A program made the translations under genes and the position numbers. Under the pieces are notes generated by a model. That model made no database searches and was not told the DNA's origin. It saw nothing but the letters and a program-made list of their open reading frames with translations. Shown piece after piece: positions 41,790 to 47,936 of a stretch of 47,936 bases of DNA (the first letter of the stretch is position 1; every line of letters begins with the position of its first letter). Origin of the DNA: Ilumatobacteraceae bacterium (GTDB lineage: Bacteria > Actinomycetota > Acidimicrobiia > Acidimicrobiales > Ilumatobacteraceae); assembly GCA_046076025.1 (NCBI GenBank), contig JBJTRF010000104.1, positions 1 to 47,936 on the forward strand, in the 5' to 3' direction.

Positions 41790-42329
41790 TCAGGCGGTGG
41801 TGTCGCCGTGGCCGAGCGCCTCTTCGAGGAAGCGCATCGAGGCCTCGGGCAGCGTGGTGTGCACCAGGCGGGCAAAGGGGAACCTCGTCAACTCGCTGGC
41901 CAGCGCGCCGACGTCGAGGTCTTCGAGCAGCAGCACCACGGTGGTGGTGCCGGGCTGCACCGACTCGCGGAACCACGTCACCCACTCGTCGGGCACGCCG
42001 AGATCCATCACCTTTGCCGTCACGGCACCCACGCCTGCGCCCACCGCGCCGCCCACCAGCCACCCGACTGGCCCGCCGAGCACGAGCCCGAGCAGGCCGG
42101 TCCACATCGCGCTCGACAGCGCCGTCTGGCCCGGCTGCGGATCCATCGTCTCGCGCACGTTGGTGCGACCCTCGGCGTCCTTGCTGACGACCACCGCATC
42201 GCGCACCTTCAGCTTGCCGTTCACGCCGAGCCGCGTCGCGGCGGTGAGGAACTCCTGGGCGCGCAGACGGTCGGGCAGCGACACGCCCACCAGGTACTGG
42301 TCGGGGCGAGACGGGTCGAGATCTGACAC
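41790..42329 (-). CDS. DUF1269-like membrane protein
   Basis: Gly-zipper TM block 'GLLGLVLGGPVGWLVGGAVGAGVGAV' between two soluble halves. The GTG at 42329 is 6 nt after the minus-strand TACCGT; the TTG start in the track is 2 codons upstream. Confidence 0.65.
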   Translation of the reverse strand: MSDLDPSRPDQYLVGVSLPDRLRAQEFLTAATRLGVNGKLKVRDAVVVSKDAEGRTNVRETMDPQPGQTALSSAMWTGLLGLVLGGPVGWLVGGAVGAGVGAVTAKVMDLGVPDEWVTWFRESVQPGTTTVVLLLEDLDVGALASELTRFPFARLVHTTLPEASMRFLEEALGHGDTTA

Positions 42330-42335
42330 GGGCAA

Positions 42336-42341
42336 ACGGTA
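42336..42341 (-). promoter_or_regulatory. -10 hexamer TACCGT (minus strand), 6 nt before the GTG at 42329 (leaderless geometry)
   Basis: Plus-strand acggta at 42336-42341, with the spacer at 42330-42335. Confidence 0.4.
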
Positions 42342-42446
42342 CCCCGACCGCCGTGCCGGGCGCTCGGCGAGCGGGCCGATACCGACGCCGGAGCACCCGC
42401 GGCGACGGGCCGGTCGGCACTCGTCGACCGCACAGGCGTGTAGTGA

Positions 42447-43034
42447 CTACACCGCGCGGATGCCCACCACCAGCGTGTACGCGCCGAAGCCGAGGAACAC
42501 CACGCCGGCCACGCGCTGCACCAGTGCGAGGCGCACGTGGGCGACGATCCACGAGCCGGCGGTGACGGCGATGGCGGCCACCGACGCCAGCGCGCACCAG
42601 GCGCCGAGGGCCACCGACAACGGCGCCTCGTACTGCGTGGCGATGCTGGCCGTGGCGAGCTGCGTGAGATCGCCGAACTCGGCGAGGCCCACCACCGAGG
42701 CAGCGGTGAGCGCCGCCTTCGCGAACGACTGGGCGTCGACACCATCGGGTGCGTCGTCGTCATCGTCGTCGCCGCCCCGCAGCAGCACGATGCCACCGAC
42801 CAGGAACAGCGCGGCGACGGCGAACTTCACGGGCGCCTCGGGCAGCGACCGCAGCAGCGACCCGATCGACACTGCCAGCACCACGTGCAGGACGAAGGCG
42901 CACGAGACACCGAGCCACACCGCCAGCGGGCGGCGAGTGCGAGTGGTGAGAACCAGCGACGCCACCATCGTCTTGTCGGGCAGTTCGGCGAGGAAGACGG
43001 CGCCGAAGGCCACGAGGAACCCCTGCGCGTTCAC
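42447..43034 (-). CDS. TMEM165/GDT1 (UPF0016) family cation (Mn2+/Ca2+) transporter
   Basis: Duplicated 'E-x-G/P-D-K/L-T' motifs ('AELPDKT' and 'AEFGDLT') are separated by an acidic loop 'GGDDDDDDAPDG'. The GTG start is at 43034. Confidence 0.8.
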   Translation of the reverse strand: MNAQGFLVAFGAVFLAELPDKTMVASLVLTTRTRRPLAVWLGVSCAFVLHVVLAVSIGSLLRSLPEAPVKFAVAALFLVGGIVLLRGGDDDDDDAPDGVDAQSFAKAALTAASVVGLAEFGDLTQLATASIATQYEAPLSVALGAWCALASVAAIAVTAGSWIVAHVRLALVQRVAGVVFLGFGAYTLVVGIRAV

Positions 43035-43062
43035 CGGCCACTCGCCCGATCGGCCGCCTCGG

Positions 43063-44442
43063 TCACCGTGCGGTGATCCGCTGGATGCGCGCCGCGTGGC
43101 GGCGATGGGTGGCGAGCACCTCGTCGAGGCCCGGGTGCACCACTCGGCCATCGCGCACGACGAAGCGGCCGTGCACCACGGTGTGCCATGCGGCTGCGGG
43201 GCCGCAGCGCAGCCACGCCTCGACCGGATCGGCGATGGCGCCGGCGAACAGCGGGCCATCAAGCCGCCACACGGCGAGATCGGCGACGGCACCGGGGGCG
43301 ATCACCCCGATCTCACCCTCGCGGCCGAGACAGCCGGCGCCCCCGAGCGTCGCCATCTCGAGAGCCGTGCGGGCGGTGCACGCATCGGCGCCGTTGCGCA
43401 GCTTCGCCACGAGCATCGCCTGGCGGGCCTCCATCCACAGCGAGGCCGCGTCGGCCGACGACGAGCCGTCGACGCCGAGCCCCACCTTCACCCCGTAGCG
43501 CCGCATCGGGATCGTGGGGGCGATGCCCGACGCCAGGATGAGGTTGCTGTTCGGGCAGTGCGCCACGCCCACGCCTGCTGCGCCCAGTCGACGCTGCTCG
43601 GCATCGTCGGGCATCACGCAGTGCGCCACCCACGTACGGCTCGTGCACCAGCCGGTGCGCTCGAGGTACTCCATCGGCCGACACCCGAAGCGGGCCAGCG
43701 AGAAGTCGTCGTCCTCGCTGTTCTCGGCGAAGTGCGTGTGCAGGCGCACGTCGAGTCGCTCGGCAAGCTCGGCGCTGCGCACCATCAGCTGCTCGGTGAC
43801 GCTGAACGGACTGCACGGTGCAAGGGCGATGCGCACCATCGCGCCATGCGACCGGTCGTGATGGCGGTGCACGGCCTCCTCGCTGGCGACGAGGATCGAG
43901 TCGTCGTCGCTGACGACATCGTCGGGAGGCAGGCCGCCGTCCTTCTCGCTGAGGCTCATCGAGCCGCGTGTCGGATGGAAGCGCATTCCCAGCTCGCGGG
44001 CCGCGGCGATCTCGGCCGACAGCAGGTCGCCGGCGCCGTGCGGGTGCAGGTAGAGGTGGTCGGTGCTGGTGGTGCAGCCACCGAGGGCCAGCTCGGCGAG
44101 CCCGACGAATGCGCTGGCGTACACCGACTCCTCGTCGATGCCGCGCCACAGCGGGTACAGCGACTGCAGCCATCCGAACAGGGGCTTGTCGGTCATCCCC
44201 GGCCACGCCCGGGTGAGGTTCTGGTAGATGTGGTGGTGGGTGTTCACCAGGCCGGGCGTCACCAGGCAGTCGGCCGCATCGACCACCTCGGTGCCTGGCC
44301 CCACCGCCGGCAGCGGGTCGGCGCTCGAGCCCACCGCCTCGATCAGGCCGCCGGTGACCGACACCCAGCCCCCGTCGAACTCGCGACGCGCGTCGTCGAC
44401 CGTGGCCACCAGCCGGGCGTTGCGGATGAGCAAGTCGGTCAT
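43063..44442 (-). CDS. Amidohydrolase-superfamily deaminase (8-oxoguanine/guanine/cytosine deaminase-like)
   Basis: 'LIRNARLV', metal motif 'VNTHHHIYQ', 'HTHFAE' and 'VAHC'. Size is 459 aa. Confidence 0.8.
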   Translation of the reverse strand: MTDLLIRNARLVATVDDARREFDGGWVSVTGGLIEAVGSSADPLPAVGPGTEVVDAADCLVTPGLVNTHHHIYQNLTRAWPGMTDKPLFGWLQSLYPLWRGIDEESVYASAFVGLAELALGGCTTSTDHLYLHPHGAGDLLSAEIAAARELGMRFHPTRGSMSLSEKDGGLPPDDVVSDDDSILVASEEAVHRHHDRSHGAMVRIALAPCSPFSVTEQLMVRSAELAERLDVRLHTHFAENSEDDDFSLARFGCRPMEYLERTGWCTSRTWVAHCVMPDDAEQRRLGAAGVGVAHCPNSNLILASGIAPTIPMRRYGVKVGLGVDGSSSADAASLWMEARQAMLVAKLRNGADACTARTALEMATLGGAGCLGREGEIGVIAPGAVADLAVWRLDGPLFAGAIADPVEAWLRCGPAAAWHTVVHGRFVVRDGRVVHPGLDEVLATHRRHAARIQRITAR

Positions 44443-45842
44443 GCGAGATCCCGGGCAAGGTCGTCGACGATCAGCCGGACATCATCGATCGTCGTTCGGG
44501 GATTGACCACGCAGATGCGCAGCACGGTCTCGCCGTCCCACGTGGTGGGCACCACGAAGGCCCGGCCCTCGGCCAGCATGCGATCACTCCATGTGTGATA
44601 GTCGGCGGCCGCCCACCCGAGTCGCCGGAACAGCACCACGCTGAGCTCGGGCTCCATGATCAGCTCGAGGTGCGGGGCGGCGGCAATGGCATCGGCGCCA
44701 TCCCAGGCCACGCGCAGCGTCTGCTCGACGGCGTCGCGATATGCGTCGGTCCCGTGCGTGGCGAGGCTGAACCAGAACGGCAGGCCGCGCGCCCGGCGGG
44801 TGAGGTGGTGCGCATAGTCGCTCGGGTTCCACCCGGCGTGGCCGCCCTCGTCCTCGTGCAGCACCTCGAGGTACTCGGCGTGCTGCGTGTGCGCGCGGCG
44901 CGCCGCCGCCGGATCGCGGTACACGAGCGCGCAGCAGTCGTAGGGCGCGAAGAGCCACTTGTGCGGATCGAGGATGAAGCTGTCGGCACGCTCGACACCC
45001 GCATATCGCTGCCGGATGCTGGGCGCCGCGAGGCCGGCGCCGCCGTATGCGCCGTCGACGTGGAACCACGCACCAAGCTCGGCAGCGGCATCGGCGGCGA
45101 CATCGAGCGGGTCGATCACGCCGGCGTTGGTGGTACCCGACGTGGCCACCAGTGCCGCCACACGTTCGCGATCGGCCGCATCGAGGCCGGCAACGAGCGC
45201 CCGCAGCGCCTCGGCACTGAGCCGGCCCTGATGATCGGCCGCCGCGACCACCACGTCGGCGTCGATGGCGCGTGCCGCCGAGCCGACACTGCTGTGCGCG
45301 CCCTTCGACACGATCACCAGCGGACGCGTGCGATCGAGACGGCCGTCGGCCCGGTCGCGCCACCTCGTGCGGGCGGCGATGAGCGCACTGAGATTGCCGG
45401 CGGTGCCGCCGGTGACGAACGCCCCGCCGGCCCCCGCCGGCATCCCTGCGAGGTCGGCGACGTAGCGCAGTGCCCCGTTCTCGGCGAACACCGCGCCTGC
45501 GCCCTCAAGCCACGAGCCGGCATAGATCGAGCTCGCGCCGACGACCAGGTCGAACAGGATGCTGGCCTCGGTGGGCGCCGTCGGCACGAACGACAAGAAG
45601 CGGGGATGGTCGCTGGAGATGGTGGCGGGAGCCAGCACGTCGCCGAACACCCGCAGCGCCTCGAGACCGCCGATGCCCGACGCCGTGATGGTGTGACCGG
45701 CCATGGCACGCAACTCGGCCTCGGTGCGCGGCGCATCGAGCGGCGGTGGATCGAGGCGGATGCGGTCGACGGCGTAGCGGATGATCGCCTGCGTGAGCAC
45801 CTCGGTGGAGATGTCCTGCGAGTGCATGTCGCGAGCGCTCAT
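44439..45842 (-). CDS. PLP-dependent (group II) decarboxylase family protein
   Basis: PLP-lysine context 'SFILDPHKWLFAPYDC' and 'TGGTAGNL'. GGAGG lies 6 nt before the ATG. Its stop overlaps the deaminase start (ATGA). Confidence 0.8.
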   Translation of the reverse strand: MSARDMHSQDISTEVLTQAIIRYAVDRIRLDPPPLDAPRTEAELRAMAGHTITASGIGGLEALRVFGDVLAPATISSDHPRFLSFVPTAPTEASILFDLVVGASSIYAGSWLEGAGAVFAENGALRYVADLAGMPAGAGGAFVTGGTAGNLSALIAARTRWRDRADGRLDRTRPLVIVSKGAHSSVGSAARAIDADVVVAAADHQGRLSAEALRALVAGLDAADRERVAALVATSGTTNAGVIDPLDVAADAAAELGAWFHVDGAYGGAGLAAPSIRQRYAGVERADSFILDPHKWLFAPYDCCALVYRDPAAARRAHTQHAEYLEVLHEDEGGHAGWNPSDYAHHLTRRARGLPFWFSLATHGTDAYRDAVEQTLRVAWDGADAIAAAPHLELIMEPELSVVLFRRLGWAAADYHTWSDRMLAEGRAFVVPTTWDGETVLRICVVNPRTTIDDVRLIVDDLARDLA

Positions 45843-45879
45843 CGCACCCCTCCGCAGTGGAACAGGCCGGGTCGGCCGT

Positions 45880-46035
45880 TCAGTAGTTGACGTCGATCAG
45901 CTCGCTGCCGGCGTGCCGGTCCTCGGCATCGCGGTGCAGCGCCCACCCGAGCAGCGCGGCGATGACGGTGGTGCCCATCAGCGCGACAGCGGGGAACAGC
46001 AGCAGGGCAACGACGATGGCAATGGCACCGGGCAC
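45880..46035 (-). CDS. Small membrane protein, 51 aa (below the ORF-track cutoff)
   Basis: Sequence VPGAIAIVVALLLFPAVALMGTTVIAALLGWALHRDAEDRHAGSELIDVNY. 46 of 51 codons end in G/C. The GTG at 46035 is 6 nt after the minus-strand TAGGAT (plus-strand 46042-46047). Confidence 0.45.
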   Translation of the reverse strand: MPGAIAIVVALLLFPAVALMGTTVIAALLGWALHRDAEDRHAGSELIDVNY

Positions 46036-46048
46036 GGCTCGATCCTAG

Positions 46049-46399
46049 TCAGAGCGGCCTGTAGGCCCATGCCTCGATCTCGACGGCACCGCCGAAGGGC
46101 AGTGCGGCCACGCCGATCGTGCTGCGGGCCGGACGATGGTCGCCGAAGCCCGCCACGTAGGCGGCGTTGAAGTCGGCAAAGGTGCCCATGTCGGTGAGGA
46201 AGCACAGTGTCTTGGCGACATCGCCCAGGCCGGCTCCCATCGTGGCCAGCTGCGCAGCCAGGTTCTCGACGGCGCGGGCCGTCTGCGCCGGCACGCCGCC
46301 CTCCACCAGCGCGCCGTCGCGGATGCCGAGCTGGCCGCTGACGATGATCCAGTCGCCGGCGCGGACGACAGGTGTATAGGGACCCACGGGAGTGCTCAT
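46049..46399 (-). CDS. RidA/YjgF family reactive-intermediate deaminase
   Basis: 116 aa. 'GPYTPVVRAGDWIIVSGQLG' and 'ARSTIGVAALPFGGAVEIEA'. Its ATG overlaps the upstream stop (ATGA). Confidence 0.85.
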   Translation of the reverse strand: MSTPVGPYTPVVRAGDWIIVSGQLGIRDGALVEGGVPAQTARAVENLAAQLATMGAGLGDVAKTLCFLTDMGTFADFNAAYVAGFGDHRPARSTIGVAALPFGGAVEIEAWAYRPL

Positions 46400-47936
46400 G
46401 GCCGCATGGTAGGCCACCGCGGCGGCATCCCCGCATGTCGCCATGCCGCCAGCGCTACCGCGGCGAACACGGCGTCGGACGCATTCACCGGTGCCCCGCG
46501 GTCGTCGTCGACCACCACCTCGACCGTCGGCATGTCGACGGCGCGCAGCACGCCGAAACTGCGCACCGTGAGGTCGAGCGGCTCGCCATCGTCGTCGACG
46601 CGGACCGCCTCGCTGCGCACCCACCCGAGCGCCATGTGCGCTGCGCCGATGCAGTAGCTGCGCAGCACCGTGAGGTCGAGCACGTCGCCGCAGCGCACCG
46701 ACACGCGCACGGCACCATCGAGCACCTCGGCATGCGCCGCGCCGCCGCCCGGCGCAGTGATCCAGCCGTCGTCGGGGGCCAGCAGCACCGCCGCCTCGGC
46801 CCAGCCGGCACCGCGGACCGCTGCCGAGGTCGGCGGGCCGACCACGTCGACCTCCTCGACGCGCAGCGACGGCGCCACCGCAGCGACGGCGTCGGCGATA
46901 CCGGCAGTGCGCGCCACCCGCAGCACGCCGGTGCCATCGGCGCGCACGGCACCCGCCACCGGCGGGCGCTTCGGGCCGAGCCGCACCATGTCCTCTCGCG
47001 ACCACGCGGCCACCACCGGCCGGCAGTGCTCGTCGGCAAGACGTCGCGCGGCTGCACTCAGTTCGCGCATCGCCGCGTCGAGTGTCGCCTGCCCGTCGCC
47101 TCGCGGCACCTTCGCCCCGAACGCACCGCCATTGGCGAGGCCCGTCACCGGCTCGCCGCCCGGGACGCACCATGCTGCCGGCGGCTCGAGATACGCCGGC
47201 TCGACCCACGTGGTCTGCAGGGTGCGCGCCCAGTCGCCGTCGGGCACCTCGATCGGCCAGTGCACCGCCACCGTGGTGCGACGTCCCTGCACCTTGCCGG
47301 CGGCCGCTCGTGCAGCCGTGAGCGACGGTGCCACATGCCACGATCCGTCGACGGCGCGCACGGCGTGCAGCGCGTCGACCGGCGCCGAATCGGCGGGGAA
47401 GCCGCCCATGCCGAGCGCCACCTGCGGCGACACCGACTGCGCGGTGCCGCCCTCAAGTGACGCGCGTCGGGATGCAGCATCGAGATCGCGCCCGCTGGCT
47501 GATGCGACGGCGGGGCTGCGTGGCGGGGTGACGGCCTCGACGATGGTCTGCCAGCCGGTGCACCGGCACATGTGCGCCAGCAGCGCCTGCCCGACACGCT
47601 CGGGACTGCGCTGCGGCTCGGGAATCGCAGCGAGTCGCATGATGATGCCCGGCGTGCAGAAGCCGCACTGGCTGCCGCCGGTGGCGCACAGCCGCTCGGC
47701 GAGTACGGCCGACTCGGCGACGCCGGCCACCGTGGTGACTGCACGTCCGGCGACACGCGATGCCGGCGTCACGCACGCAACCCGCGGCTGGCCGTCGACC
47801 CACACCGTGCAGCACCCGCACTGGCCCTGCGGGCTGCAGCCATCCTTCGCCGAGTGCACACCGAGTGCGCGCAACGCCTCGAGGAGCGTGCGGCCATCGG
47901 CGGGCACCGACACCTCGGCTCCGTTCAGCGTGAAGG
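46396..47936 (-). CDS. Fusion of a CoxS/XdhA-type 2x[2Fe-2S] domain to a compact xanthine-dehydrogenase-family molybdopterin-like domain; 5' end beyond the window
   Basis: The frame stays open to nt 47936 ('FTLNGAEVSV...'). Cluster motifs are 'GCSPQGQCGCCTV' and 'CGFCTPG...CRCTG'. The C-terminal ~370 aa carry XDH-like blocks 'VEPAYLEPPAAW', 'GGAFGAK', 'RPVVAAWSREDM' and 'PPTSAAVRGAGW'. Confidence 0.7.
   Translation of the reverse strand, partial: FTLNGAEVSVPADGRTLLEALRALGVHSAKDGCSPQGQCGCCTVWVDGQPRVACVTPASRVAGRAVTTVAGVAESAVLAERLCATGGSQCGFCTPGIIMRLAAIPEPQRSPERVGQALLAHMCRCTGWQTIVEAVTPPRSPAVASASGRDLDAASRRASLEGGTAQSVSPQVALGMGGFPADSAPVDALHAVRAVDGSWHVAPSLTAARAAAGKVQGRRTTVAVHWPIEVPDGDWARTLQTTWVEPAYLEPPAAWCVPGGEPVTGLANGGAFGAKVPRGDGQATLDAAMRELSAAARRLADEHCRPVVAAWSREDMVRLGPKRPPVAGAVRADGTGVLRVARTAGIADAVAAVAPSLRVEEVDVVGPPTSAAVRGAGWAEAAVLLAPDDGWITAPGGGAAHAEVLDGAVRVSVRCGDVLDLTVLRSYCIGAAHMALGWVRSEAVRVDDDGEPLDLTVRSFGVLRAVDMPTVEVVVDDDRGAPVNASDAVFAAVALAAWRHAGMPPRWPTMRP

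Noticed and set aside
43035-43062. yybP-ykoY (Mn2+) riboswitch upstream of the GDT1/TMEM165-family transporter.
   Set aside because: Only 28 nt separate it from the preceding gene's stop, which is too short for the roughly 100-nt riboswitch. The gene appears to be co-transcribed with the deaminase.

Overview
This is a 47.9-kb, very GC-rich and almost gap-free coding segment. Hand counts of 60-nt lines in typical genes give 43-47 G+C. It looks like core chromosome of an Actinomycetota-type bacterium, based on an MMPL transporter, a DUF4244/Flp-type Tad pilus locus, GlnR plus GSII, and the gene order tad...topA-tmk-holB.

I call 51 CDS, tRNA-Thr(CGU) and tRNA-Pro(CGG). Two of the CDS are sub-60-codon ORFs that are not in the supplied ORF track.

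Gene content, left to right:
- Tad pilus genes (cpaF partial, tadB, tadC, flp-like, tadE-like)
- rsgA, MMPL transporter, topA, tmk, holB, tRNA-Thr
- a few small hypothetical genes and a MarR regulator
- tilS, a PTP-like protein, and a lipid-flavoured gene group (scramblase-like, SDR epimerase, PlsC-like, alpha/beta hydrolase, fatty-acid hydroxylase)
- Nudix, dut, selA-selB, alpha/beta hydrolase, NfeD
- two ArsA/Get3-like ATPases, an orphan receiver protein, tRNA-Pro
- a visibly lower-GC amino-acid permease
- mazG-like, asd, a methyltransferase, ask, an MFS transporter
- a nitrogen cluster (nadE / glnII-glnA-glnR)
- small membrane proteins
- a minus-strand operon: 2Fe-2S/compact XDH-like fusion, RidA, sORF, PLP decarboxylase, amidohydrolase, GDT1

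I see no CRISPR array, transposase, integrase, rRNA, recognisable defence module or toxin-antitoxin module. I do not see a convincing, wholly new multi-gene system.

The strongest signals are:
1. A perfectly phased four-pentamer GlnR-box-like operator between nadE and glnII, with glnR itself translationally coupled to glnA.
2. A repeated TANNNT-N6-start-codon geometry at many genes, which implies leaderless transcription and helps fix start codons.
3. A PTP-fold protein whose HCX5R cysteine is Asn.
4. A 2Fe-2S domain fused to a roughly half-size XDH-like molybdopterin domain, heading a possible catabolic operon.
5. A low-GC permease next to tRNA-Pro.
6. selA-selB with no selC, selD or TGA-containing target in view.

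All functional calls rest on motif recognition by eye; no database search was run.
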